Shown: positions 20,536 to 28,945, counted from the first letter of the stretch. The stretch is 64,000 nucleotides of DNA from an uncultured Gammaproteobacteria bacterium (GCA_964641245.1 CAZXML010000001.1:45065-109064), one strand, 5' to 3'. Numbers and translations: made by a program. Notes: generated by a model not told the origin, from the sequence alone.

Positions 20536-21288
20536 ATGAATAATAAAAAAATCTACCTATTCGCCAACTGGAAAATGTACCTGGATTACGATGAAAGTAA
20601 TATTTTAGCGAACGCTATTGCTGATAAGAAAAAAATTATTCCAAAATCCGTAAAAATGGCAATTTTCCCAAGCGCTTTGTCGCTTTATCCTGTGGGGCAG
20701 GTTTTGCATGATGCCGGCATTAGTGTTGGCGCGCAAAATACATATTGGTTAGACAAAGGTGGGTACACCGGTGAAGTGTCAGCCGTCATGTACAACGAAG
20801 CCGGATGTGAGTATGCTTTAACTGGTCATTCCGAACGCAGGCACTTGTTTCACGAAACCAACGATGAGGTGCGTAAAAAAGTAGAAGCAATTTTATCTGC
20901 GGGATTAACTCCGGTTATTTGCGTTGGCGAAACTGAAAAAGAACGAAAAGAAAATAAATCCGACGAGGCCATTGAAATTCAAATCAGAGCCGCCTTTCAC
21001 AATATTGTCTGGCCAAAGGAACGGGAATTAATTGTGGCCTATGAACCGGTTTGGGCTATTGGCACCGGAGAAAATTGCGATCCGATTGAAGCCGAACGGA
21101 TGCATGAACTGATCAAAAAACAAATTATCGCGTTAACCGGCATCACTCCCGTTATTTTATATGGAGGCAGTATCAATCCCAAAAATATTGCCGGATATTT
21201 AAAAAATCCGAACATAAACGGCGTATTGGTCGGTAGCGCGTCGGCTAATTATGAAAGCTGGATGGAAATTATATCTAATAGTTTTTAA
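20536..21288 (+). CDS. tpiA: Triosephosphate isomerase
   Basis: FANWKM, GHSERR, AYEPVWAIGTG and YGGS motifs. Confidence 0.9.
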   Translation: MNNKKIYLFANWKMYLDYDESNILANAIADKKKIIPKSVKMAIFPSALSLYPVGQVLHDAGISVGAQNTYWLDKGGYTGEVSAVMYNEAGCEYALTGHSERRHLFHETNDEVRKKVEAILSAGLTPVICVGETEKERKENKSDEAIEIQIRAAFHNIVWPKERELIVAYEPVWAIGTGENCDPIEAERMHELIKKQIIALTGITPVILYGGSINPKNIAGYLKNPNINGVLVGSASANYESWMEIISNSF

Positions 21289-21289
21289 T

Positions 21290-21435
21290 TGTCATTCTGA
21301 GCAAAGCGAAGAATCTCTGTCCGCATATTGTCATTCCCGCCCGAGAGCGGGAATCCAGACAATTCAACCGGACACTGGATTCCCAATCAAGTTGGGAATG
21401 ACAGACAGAGATCCTTCACTGCGTTCAGGATGACA
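21290..21435. repeat. Nested elements: a family-D palindrome (TGTCATTCCCGC...GGGAATGACA, 21339-21404) inserted inside a family-A element
   Basis: The A left half is at 21290-21328 and the A right half at 21405-21435. They are interrupted by a complete D-type element. Confidence 0.8.
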
Positions 21436-21471
21436 ATCTAATTCAAGTTTGTTCCGATTAAAAGTAGTAGT

Positions 21472-22377
21472 ATGCTAAACGCATTATTTATAATAATCAT
21501 CATTGCCGCCCTCGCCGTTATTTTGTTTTTGGTTATCCGCAAATTTCCTCATCTGGCAAATTTGGATATTCAAAATCTGGACGAAGAAAAAATTTACCGC
21601 AAGAAAAAAGAAATTATAAATAAGCGCATAGAAAAAAGTAGCGGCCTTTTAAAAGAAAAAATTATCAGAAGTCTTGTGCCGGTCAGCAAATTGTGGGGAA
21701 GGCTTCAGCTCCAATTTAGAATATATGTGGGAAAAATAGAAAGACTTCTTCATCATGAGCAGGTGCTTAAAACAAAACAAAAAAAGACTGTTGTCGGCAA
21801 CGAAGAGAGCGGACAAAAATTAACTTCCTTAATTCAGGAAGGCGAACAGCAGTTAAAAGCGGGCAATTACGATAAAGCCGAAGAAGTTTTTATCTCCGCC
21901 ATAAAAATTGACCCGAAATCTGCGGTCGCTTATAGAGGATTAGGCGATACCTATTTGGCCAAAAATTCTCTGGAGGAAGCCAGACAGACTTATAAATTTT
22001 TAATCAGAATGGAACCGGACGACGATAATGTGTTGGTCAAATTGGCGGAAATAGCGGAAAGCCATGGCGATCTGGAAGAGGCGATACATCATTACCAGCA
22101 GGCGGTTTTGGTCAATGATTCATTTTCCCCGCGTTTTTATCACTTGGCCGAACTGCTGGTAAAGGTGGGCCAACCGCAGGTGGCGGTAGAATCTATTCTG
22201 CAGGCCGTAGAACTGGAACCCCAAAATCCAAAGTACCTTGACTTATTGATAGAAATTGCTATAATATGCGGCAATAAAGAGTTGGCGCTTAAAGGTTACG
22301 GAGAATTACGCTTAGTCAACCCCGACAATCAAAAATTACCCAGTTTCAAAGATAGAATTTATCGAATAGGCGTATAA
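21472..22377 (+). CDS. TPR-repeat protein with an N-terminal TM helix
   Basis: N-terminal hydrophobic segment. Repeated A..Y...G/A..Y...G TPR-like helices (AYRGLGDTYLAK, ARQTYKFLIRMEPDD). Confidence 0.6.
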   Translation: MLNALFIIIIIAALAVILFLVIRKFPHLANLDIQNLDEEKIYRKKKEIINKRIEKSSGLLKEKIIRSLVPVSKLWGRLQLQFRIYVGKIERLLHHEQVLKTKQKKTVVGNEESGQKLTSLIQEGEQQLKAGNYDKAEEVFISAIKIDPKSAVAYRGLGDTYLAKNSLEEARQTYKFLIRMEPDDDNVLVKLAEIAESHGDLEEAIHHYQQAVLVNDSFSPRFYHLAELLVKVGQPQVAVESILQAVELEPQNPKYLDLLIEIAIICGNKELALKGYGELRLVNPDNQKLPSFKDRIYRIGV

Positions 22378-22389
22378 GAAAAACGAAAT

Positions 22390-22424
22390 GCCGTCTTAGC
22401 TCAGCTGGTAGAGCAACAGTTTTG
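22390..22424 (+). pseudogene. 5' fragment (~35 nt) of a tRNA-Thr, fused to a double-hairpin element
   Basis: GCCGTCTTAGCTCAGCTGGTAGAGCAACAGTTTTG equals the acceptor, D-arm and half the anticodon stem of the downstream tRNA. It is followed by CCACCGCCCGCGGGCGGGGTGCCGCC, which also occurs in glyS. Confidence 0.6.
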
Positions 22425-22492
22425 CCACCGCCCGCGGGCGGGGTGCCGCCACGGGGCGGCATAAACTTCCAATGATTAAATAACAATTAAAC

Positions 22493-22568
22493 GCCGCCTT
22501 AGCTCAGCTGGTAGAGCAACACTTTTGTAAAGTGAAGGTCCTGGGTTCGAATCCCTGAGGCGGCTCCA
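22493..22568 (+). tRNA. tRNA-Thr (anticodon UGU), with CCA encoded
   Basis: Hand-folded cloverleaf. Acceptor GCCGCCT/AGGCGGC, D-arm GCTC-AGCTGGTA-GAGC, anticodon loop TTTGTAA, T-loop TTCGAAT. There is one U-U mismatch in the T-stem. Confidence 0.7.
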
Positions 22569-22632
22569 GATTAGGGGTTGTTCTTTGAAAATAAATAAGG
22601 TATAATGTAAGTGGCTATACGCCATTTAGTTT

Positions 22633-23241
22633 ATGCCTAATAAAAAAATTACAAAAGAACAGGAAGCCTTAGTAAAGAGTTTGTATTCTAGCGGAAAAAT
22701 GGGGTTGGAAATTGCCACTAAGTTAGAAATTTCTCTTAAACAAGTTTACGGTTCTCTCCGCCGTCAACAAATACCACGCAAGAGCTTACGTGAGCAAAAT
22801 AAAGTTCTTTTTGAGAGAAAGCCATTGTCGTTTCGTTTTAAGGAAAAACTCACAACAAAGGAACGTGAACTCCTGATTGCGGCGATTATGCTGTATTATG
22901 GCGAGGGCGCAAAAACATCTGTTACGGTTGATTTTGCGAATTCAGATGGTCGGACAGTTAAATTATTTTTAAAGTTTTTAAGGAAAATTTGTCGTATAGA
23001 CGAGAAGCGATTGCGGTTTTATTTGTACTGTTTTTCAGATCAAGATTCTAATTCTTTGATTAGTTATTGGTCGTCTCAATTGAAAGCTGAACGAAATCAA
23101 TTCACAAAACCATACGTGCGTTCAACTTTCAACAGAGGCAGTAGAGCAATGCCTTACGGAGTAATTCATGTGCGATATAGTGATAAGAAATTATTAGACA
23201 AAATTCTATCACTATGTAATAGTTTGGTCGTGTCGTTATAA
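22633..23241 (+). CDS. Hypothetical HTH protein, possibly a degenerate LAGLIDADG-like homing endonuclease
   Basis: N-terminal HTH (GLEIATKLEISLKQVYGSL). LIAAIMLYYGEGAK loosely resembles a LAGLIDADG motif. It lies between a tRNA and the tmRNA candidate. Confidence 0.3.
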   Translation: MPNKKITKEQEALVKSLYSSGKMGLEIATKLEISLKQVYGSLRRQQIPRKSLREQNKVLFERKPLSFRFKEKLTTKERELLIAAIMLYYGEGAKTSVTVDFANSDGRTVKLFLKFLRKICRIDEKRLRFYLYCFSDQDSNSLISYWSSQLKAERNQFTKPYVRSTFNRGSRAMPYGVIHVRYSDKKLLDKILSLCNSLVVSL

Positions 23242-23244
23242 AAT

Positions 23245-23527
23245 GGGTGGATTCCTGAGCGGTCAAAAGGGGCAGACTGTAGTAAAATGCAGCTCTTGAG
23301 GGAAACTTCAGGATGAACTTTCTGGGATAACGGTGAAAGCTAAGGCAGGTGCTATGCCAATACCGTGGGAACCCCGATATTTGGTCGGGGGCGCCGTAGA
23401 GACTAGATACCAGAGTGCCTAAAGTCAATGTGACTAAGGCAAAGATATAGTCCACGCCAGAAGGAAACTTTTGGATTAGTGAAATCTGCTGGCTCCGCCT
23501 TCGTAGGTTCGAATCCTACTCCACCCA
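23245..23527 (+). ncRNA. ssrA: Probable tmRNA (ssrA); the tRNA-like domain is clear but the tag ORF is not resolved
   Basis: The 5' GGGTGGA pairs with the 3' TCCACCC. A perfect T-arm GTAGG-TTCGAAT-CCTAC and a discriminator A follow. About 283 nt, with no ORF. Confidence 0.5.
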
Positions 23528-23614
23528 CACGGCTTCACTGCGTTACGCCGTGTAAACCACAGCTTCTACTGTGTTACACTATGTAAACTCAGTCTTGCCT
23601 AGGTACATAAAATT

Positions 23615-23881
23615 ATGCAACACTTTGTATATATCTTGAAATGTTGCGATGAGAGTTTTTATACAGGTTTAAGCAACAATCTTAAAAGAAGATTGAAAGA
23701 GCATGAGGATGGTAAAAGCGTTAATACAAAAAATTTGAGACCAGTTAAGTTAGTATTTTATTGCTGTTTTAAAGATCAGCATTTAGCTGCAGAATTTGAG
23801 CAATACTTAAAATCACATTCAGGAATTGCGTTTAGGAATAAACACTTAGCTACTACTACAAAACGCACAGTGAAGACATAG
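23615..23881 (+). CDS. GIY-YIG nuclease domain protein (UPF0213 / YhbQ-like)
   Basis: FVYILKC.DESFYTGLSNNLKRRLKEHEDGK is the classic GIY-YIG core. 88 aa. Confidence 0.8.
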   Translation: MQHFVYILKCCDESFYTGLSNNLKRRLKEHEDGKSVNTKNLRPVKLVFYCCFKDQHLAAEFEQYLKSHSGIAFRNKHLATTTKRTVKT

Positions 23882-23936
23882 CTTGCACTGGATAGTGTGA
23901 GAAGTAGCTTGCACTGCGTAGCCGTAGCGAAGCAGT

Positions 23937-24009
23937 GCCGTTGTAGCTCAGTTGGTAGAGCATTTCCATGGTAAGGAAAAGGTCTCGGGTTCGAATCCCG
24001 ACAACGGCT
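23937..24009 (+). tRNA. tRNA-Thr (anticodon GGU)
   Basis: Acceptor GCCGTTG/CAACGGC, D-arm GCTC-AGTTGGTA-GAGC, anticodon stem TTTCC/GGAAA with loop ATGGTAA, T-arm TCGGG-TTCGAAT-CCCGA. Confidence 0.75.
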
Positions 24010-24093
24010 CAACGCGTGAATCATGAAGCACGAATCATGAATCATGAACGTTACAAACAATCCCTAATTCTTAATTCGTAATTCATACACAAT

Positions 24094-24276
24094 ATGTCGC
24101 AGGATAATTTGGTGAAAATGGAATGCAAGGAATGTAAACACACGAACTATTTTACCAGCAAGAACAAGAAGGTTTTAAAGAACCGCTTGGAGCTGGAAAA
24201 GTTCTGTAAGTTTTGCCGAAAGCACACCGGTCACAAAGAAACAAAATAGAAATGAAAAAGCCCTGCTCTGAATAGT
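24094..24276 (+). CDS. rpmG: 50S ribosomal protein L33
   Basis: Hand translation gives [49 protein letters not shown]..., the L33 zinc-ribbon signature. It is absent from the supplied ORF track. The rpmG-tRNA-Trp arrangement is common. Confidence 0.7.
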
Positions 24277-24299
24277 TTTCCGGGTGGGGTTTGTTCTTA

Positions 24300-24371
24300 G
24301 GCCTGTAGTTTCAATGGTAAAACAGCGGTCTCCAAAACCGCGGTTCTCGGTTCGAATCCGAGCGGGCCTGC
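24300..24371 (+). tRNA. tRNA-Trp (anticodon CCA)
   Basis: Acceptor AGGCCTG/CGGGCCT, D-arm GTTT-CAATGGTA-AAAC, anticodon stem GCGGT/ACCGC with loop CTCCAAA, T-arm CTCGG-TTCGAAT-CCGAG. Confidence 0.75.
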
Positions 24372-24387
24372 AAAATAAATTCACTTT

Positions 24388-24834
24388 ATGCCGGAAATAG
24401 ATTTCTATCAAATTTCCTTGAAAGTTATTTTAAGGAATAAAAAAGGCGAGGTTTTAATTTTGAAAACACCTGAATATGGAAGTTATTCTGGTTGTTATGA
24501 TTTGCCGGGAGGCCGTATAGATGCAAACGAATTTGATGTTCCGTATGAGCAAATAATGAAACGGGAAATTACAGAGGAAGTGGGGGATATACAATATAAA
24601 TTTAATCCTAAACCGGTTGCGATTGGCCGTCATCTGGTGCATGCCCATCAAAGCAGGCTTAAGCGCGAACTTCATATTCAGTATATATTTTTTGAAGCGG
24701 AATATTTGGGAGGGGATATTTGCGTTAGCCGCGAGCATACAGAATATAAATGGGTGGATATGTCTGCTGAAAAATTAGAAGATTTATTTAAGTCCGGAAT
24801 TTTGGAAGGAATGAAGATGTGTTTCTTGGGTTAA
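24388..24834 (+). CDS. NUDIX hydrolase
   Basis: Nudix box GGRIDANEFDVPYEQIMKREITEEVG (Gx5Ex7REUxEExGU). Confidence 0.8.
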   Translation: MPEIDFYQISLKVILRNKKGEVLILKTPEYGSYSGCYDLPGGRIDANEFDVPYEQIMKREITEEVGDIQYKFNPKPVAIGRHLVHAHQSRLKRELHIQYIFFEAEYLGGDICVSREHTEYKWVDMSAEKLEDLFKSGILEGMKMCFLG

Positions 24835-24983
24835 TTTGGTTTTTTAGCTAATTAAGCCCCAAGTGCGTACCATAACGCCCGGCAAGGCGTGCCCCTTGAC
24901 CAGAAAGGCGCTTTAACGTAATATAGACCATTACAAAAGTCAGGTAATGTGGTACTATATAAATACTTATAATTAATAAGCGT

Positions 24984-25292
24984 ATGTTTAATAAATTATT
25001 CCGTTCGGTCTTTCCAGCGCGTAATCCGGCTGATATAGCGCGAGAATATAAAATCCCATCACAAATCCGTTTTAAGTTCCAGACTAAAGATGGTTGGATT
25101 ATTGCAACCTCTGAAAATTTGCCTGGTTTTATTACTGAAGCACGCAATCCGCAAGAATTGTTAGAAATGATTAACGACGGCATTTTAACGTACTTTGATG
25201 TTCCGCGGCGCGTAGGCGATGTTGTCCATAATCAAATGACACTTGACGGCTATGGGACTGTCTCGTTGGATAAACACTTGCAACCAGCTTAA
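24984..25292 (+). CDS. hicB: HicB-like antitoxin (UPF0150)
   Basis: DGWIIATSENLPGFITEARNPQELLEMINDGILTYFDV matches the HicB N-domain pattern. It is adjacent to HicA. Confidence 0.6.
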   Translation: MFNKLFRSVFPARNPADIAREYKIPSQIRFKFQTKDGWIIATSENLPGFITEARNPQELLEMINDGILTYFDVPRRVGDVVHNQMTLDGYGTVSLDKHLQPA

Positions 25293-25297
25293 ACACT

Positions 25298-25537
25298 ATG
25301 GGCGAAAATACCTTCAATCGCCGACAGTGTGTGCGGGCATTAAATAAGCTAAATTTTGTTCTTGATAACAAACGTTCTGGCAAGCACGATAAATACAAGG
25401 CACCGTTTGCCAATGCCAATCCGCCGTTTATTATGGTGCCTCGTCATAATGACATTCACTGTCAGGACGATATTGTAAAGGAATTGGAAAGAATGGGCGG
25501 GAAGGAACTGGTCGAAAAATTTAAGCAGTATTTGTAA
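25298..25537 (+). CDS. hicA: HicA-like mRNA interferase toxin
   Basis: RSGKHDKY...PPFIMVPRHNDI matches the HicA (YcfA) G-S/K-H...VP.H pattern. 79 aa. Confidence 0.6.
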   Translation: MGENTFNRRQCVRALNKLNFVLDNKRSGKHDKYKAPFANANPPFIMVPRHNDIHCQDDIVKELERMGGKELVEKFKQYL

Positions 25538-25676
25538 AAGCCTTTGTAAAGAGGTTTTTATTGTTTAGTTAAATTTTAATATACAGTGAGTAGTGCTAGG
25601 GAGTAAAGTCGGTATATAAACATACCGATTTGTCTTCATAAAAATAGTTCTAACGTCCTGTACGATGCCCTGCTAA

Positions 25677-25700
25677 GACCGGTTAAAACTGGTCTTTTTT
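25677..25700 (+). terminator. Rho-independent terminator
   Basis: GACCGGTTAAAACTGGTC hairpin followed by a T6 run. Confidence 0.6.
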
Positions 25701-25792
25701 GTATGTGAGTTGTTGGTCGCGAGCAGTAGATAAAAATAAACGGTCACCGAAATCACTACTCTAAATTCGGTAGGTTTCGGTAACATTTATTT

Positions 25793-26185
25793 TTGTCTAC
25801 AACGAGGGAGTTTTTTGTTATTAGACGATATGGTATAATATGTTATATGTCTATCATCATCCTACAACGTTTGTTATTGGACGCGGTACTGGATATTTTT
25901 TATTTCCCTATTTGGTGGTACACCAAAGGCGCGGCGCATGCTTTGCGCTGGTGTTTTAATTTATTAAAAACAGGAAACAAAAATCTGGCTCCGGGTTTGT
26001 GGCTGGCAAATTTATTTGTGCCCATGTTTGGGCAATTTGACTGGCAGGGGCGGATTGTCAGTTTTTTAATGCGTTTGGCGCAAATTTTTGCCCGTACGGT
26101 AGCGCTGGCCGTTTGGGTTAGTTTGTGTTTTGTTTTATTTTTAGGCTGGCTGGCATTGCCGGCGCTTGTTGCGTATGCAATTTAA
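25793..26185 (+). CDS. Small polytopic membrane protein (the start is probably downstream)
   Basis: Hydrophobic helices. Its 3' end overlaps the clpC-like ORF in another frame. Confidence 0.4.
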   Translation: MSTTREFFVIRRYGIICYMSIIILQRLLLDAVLDIFYFPIWWYTKGAAHALRWCFNLLKTGNKNLAPGLWLANLFVPMFGQFDWQGRIVSFLMRLAQIFARTVALAVWVSLCFVLFLGWLALPALVAYAI

Positions 26186-28940
26186 AAAAGCTGAACCATT
26201 AAATTTAATTTCCTGCGACCGTTGCCACGCAACCGGTTATATTGGGTTTGGCAAATGCCCGGAATGCAAGGGAATGGAAATGGGAATCAGCAAAAGGGGT
26301 AAATGGCTTTATTGGGATTATCCGCTTACCCGTTATAATTTATCTTTGCAAAGCGGACGGCGGATTTTAAACCGTATTCGTTTAATTACGGCGCTGGTTT
26401 TTTGGTTAACTTGTTGGATTTGGGTTGGAGTCACTGCCTACAAGGCAGATTTAGGCATTGTTTTTCGTGATCCCATTCATTGGCGTAATTTTATTTTAAC
26501 TTTGGGAAACAGCACCACCATTTTATTTTGGATGGGCGTAATCAGTTTATTTTATTTTTGGTACAGGATTATCCGGCAAAAAGAATTGGTGGGCGCGGTG
26601 GAAACTTTTAATTATGATGAAAAAAATAAAAAAGATTTAGTTGTTGGTTCCTGGGTTGACGCAAAAAAATTACCAAAGCGAAAAAAACATAATATCGCCG
26701 ACGCTTTTACCGAAGAGGCTTTATCCGCGCTGGCCAAGGCGTATCGTTTTGCTGATAAGAATGGCGCCAAAGAAGCAACTCCCGAACATTTATTTTATAC
26801 CCTGCTATCATTCAACAGAATCAGTAATATTTTTATCAGACTAGGCATTCCGGCTTCGTCACTACAAAAAGAATTGGTACCGTTGTTGCCAACCCACCCC
26901 AACCCCGCCCGAGCGGGGAATCGAGAAATGCCAACAGTGTCCAAAGATTTTCAACAAATTATTTTTCAGGCTTACGAATCGGCCTATAGCGCGCACCAGG
27001 ATTACGTTAGCGTCACCGAACTACTTATCATCGCCCTGCAGGAAACTCCGGCCATCGCCAAGGTTTTATTTAATTTTAATATCAGCGAACGTGATTTGGC
27101 AAATGTTATAGAGTGGGCCAGAATGCGCGAAAAACTTCACCGTCAATACCTCAAATTCAAACGGGCGGCCAGTCATCATTCCAAATACGGCATGGACAAA
27201 GCTATGACCGCGCTGGCCACTCCTTATTTAAATAGTTTCAGTTCCGACATTACCATGCTGGCGCATTACGGCCAGTTAAATCAATGCGTGGCCCGCTCCA
27301 AAGAAATAGAAGAAATTTATCAGGTTATAGACAGTGGTGAACACAATGTATTGCTGGTGGGGGAACATGGCGTCGGTAAAAAAACAATTGTGGAAGGCAT
27401 TGCGCAAAGCATGATAGAAGACGACGTGCCGGCCAGACTAAAAGACAAACGTTTGGTGCGTTTAAGTGTGTCGGCGCTGCTCGCCGGTACCAGTCCGGCC
27501 GGAGCGGTAGAAAGATTGCGGAATATAATGAACGAAATGTCGCGGGCGCGCAATGTAATTTTATTTATTCATAATTTACACGAACTGGTTGGCGTGGCGG
27601 CCGGCGAGAGCGGGAGTTTAGATATCGCGGACACCCTCACGGAATTTTTAGACAGTGATAAATTTTTAACCATCGCCACCACCACCACCGAAGATTTTTC
27701 GGAACATATTTCCAACTCTTCAATTAAAAGCGTGTTTACAAAAATAGATATTGCCGAGATGACCGAAGATCAGGCCATACAGGTTTTGGAATCGCGGGCG
27801 GGCGCGCTGGAGTATAAACAAAATGTATTTTTTTCTTACGATGCCGTGGCCAAAGCCGTGGAATACGCCGTTAAATTTATTCACGAATCATTTTTGCCAG
27901 GAAACGCTTTGGAACTTCTTACCGAATCCGCCACTTATACTCACAATAAAAAAGGCGGTAATTCCATCGTCACCAAAGAAGAAGTGGCGGCGGTAGTGAC
28001 CGAAAAAACCAAAATTCCTTTGTCCGCTATTTCCAGTGATGAATCCAGCAAACTCTTACTTTTAGAAGAAGAAATGCATGAACGCGTGATTGGCCAGGAT
28101 GAGGGCGTAACCGCCGTCGCCAATGCTTTGCGCCGGGCCCGCGCCGAAATGCGTTCGTCCAAACGGCCCATCGCCAACTTTTTATTTTTGGGCCCCACCG
28201 GCGTAGGCAAAACCGAACTTGCCAAAACCATCGCCCAAGTGTACTTTGGAGGTGAAAACAAAATGATTCGCCTAGACATGAGCGAGTATCAGGACAAGAG
28301 CAGTATATATAGGTTGATTGGCATGCCCGGAGCCAAAGGAACCGGCATACTTACCGAGGCTGTCCGCCGGAGTCCGTTTTCTCTTTTATTGCTGGATGAA
28401 ATAGAAAAAGCCGACCATGATGTGCTGAATTTATTTCTGCAGGTTATGGATGAAGGCCGGCTTAGCGACAGCGCCGGACACGTATTTGATTTTACCAATG
28501 TAATTTTAATCGCCACATCCAATGCCGGTACGGCCTATGTGCAAGAACAAAATAAAAAAGGCGTGGCGCACGAAGTTTTGCTGGACAGTCTTTTGCACGG
28601 AGAATTGAAAGAATATTTCCGCCCGGAATTTTTAAATCGTTTTGACGGAATTATTTTGTTCAACGCCTTAACCCAGCCGGATATTAAAAAAATCGCCGGT
28701 TTAATGTTTGGCGCTATTGCCAAAAGCATGGAACAAAAAGGCGTGCAGTTGACGGCCACAGACGATGCCCTGGAATTTTTGGCCACCGCCGGTTTTGATC
28801 CGGAATTTGGCGCTCGGCCGATGCGCCGGGTTTTGCAGGAAAAAGTAGAAAATAAACTGGCAGAATTATTTTTACAGGGAAAATTAAAAAGAGGCAGTAT
28901 GGTGACGGTCGGGGCGGGAGGAGAGATAAATGTAAATTAA
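26166..28940 (+). CDS. ClpC/ClpA-like double AAA+ unfoldase with an N-terminal zinc ribbon and two TM helices
   Basis: CDRCHATGYIGFGKCPECKG zinc ribbon, then TM segments, then Clp_N. D1 Walker A LLVGEHGVGKKT. D2 Walker A FLGPTGVGKTELAK. Sensor-2 GARPMRRV. Confidence 0.8.
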   Translation: MLRMQFKKAEPLNLISCDRCHATGYIGFGKCPECKGMEMGISKRGKWLYWDYPLTRYNLSLQSGRRILNRIRLITALVFWLTCWIWVGVTAYKADLGIVFRDPIHWRNFILTLGNSTTILFWMGVISLFYFWYRIIRQKELVGAVETFNYDEKNKKDLVVGSWVDAKKLPKRKKHNIADAFTEEALSALAKAYRFADKNGAKEATPEHLFYTLLSFNRISNIFIRLGIPASSLQKELVPLLPTHPNPARAGNREMPTVSKDFQQIIFQAYESAYSAHQDYVSVTELLIIALQETPAIAKVLFNFNISERDLANVIEWARMREKLHRQYLKFKRAASHHSKYGMDKAMTALATPYLNSFSSDITMLAHYGQLNQCVARSKEIEEIYQVIDSGEHNVLLVGEHGVGKKTIVEGIAQSMIEDDVPARLKDKRLVRLSVSALLAGTSPAGAVERLRNIMNEMSRARNVILFIHNLHELVGVAAGESGSLDIADTLTEFLDSDKFLTIATTTTEDFSEHISNSSIKSVFTKIDIAEMTEDQAIQVLESRAGALEYKQNVFFSYDAVAKAVEYAVKFIHESFLPGNALELLTESATYTHNKKGGNSIVTKEEVAAVVTEKTKIPLSAISSDESSKLLLLEEEMHERVIGQDEGVTAVANALRRARAEMRSSKRPIANFLFLGPTGVGKTELAKTIAQVYFGGENKMIRLDMSEYQDKSSIYRLIGMPGAKGTGILTEAVRRSPFSLLLLDEIEKADHDVLNLFLQVMDEGRLSDSAGHVFDFTNVILIATSNAGTAYVQEQNKKGVAHEVLLDSLLHGELKEYFRPEFLNRFDGIILFNALTQPDIKKIAGLMFGAIAKSMEQKGVQLTATDDALEFLATAGFDPEFGARPMRRVLQEKVENKLAELFLQGKLKRGSMVTVGAGGEINVN

Positions 28941-28945
28941 AATTT

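Noticed and set aside
21251-21433. 60-aa ORF spanning the nested element (also 31609-31977, 35391-35603, 15842-16048, 31556-31759)
   Set aside because: The translation is entirely of palindromic repeat DNA (peptides CHSEQSEESL and RRGPDRGRGSSIHYRDNPIV). These are the well-known false ORFs created by such elements.
22390-22568. Interpretation of 22390-22568 as one tRNA with a ~70-nt intron
   Set aside because: The downstream copy already forms a complete cloverleaf with its own 5' half. The upstream fragment has no matching 3' acceptor strand. It is therefore a truncated duplicate.
23245-23527. Canonical ANDENYALAA-type tag frame in the tmRNA candidate
   Set aside because: Every frame I inspected ends in non-canonical residues (e.g. 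...NFLG*, ...YQSA*). The tag is therefore left unassigned rather than asserted.
24848-25419. Minus-strand ORFs (24848-25183, 25171-25419) opposite hicB/hicA
   Set aside because: They are antisense to a recognisable HicB/HicA pair and have no motif support.
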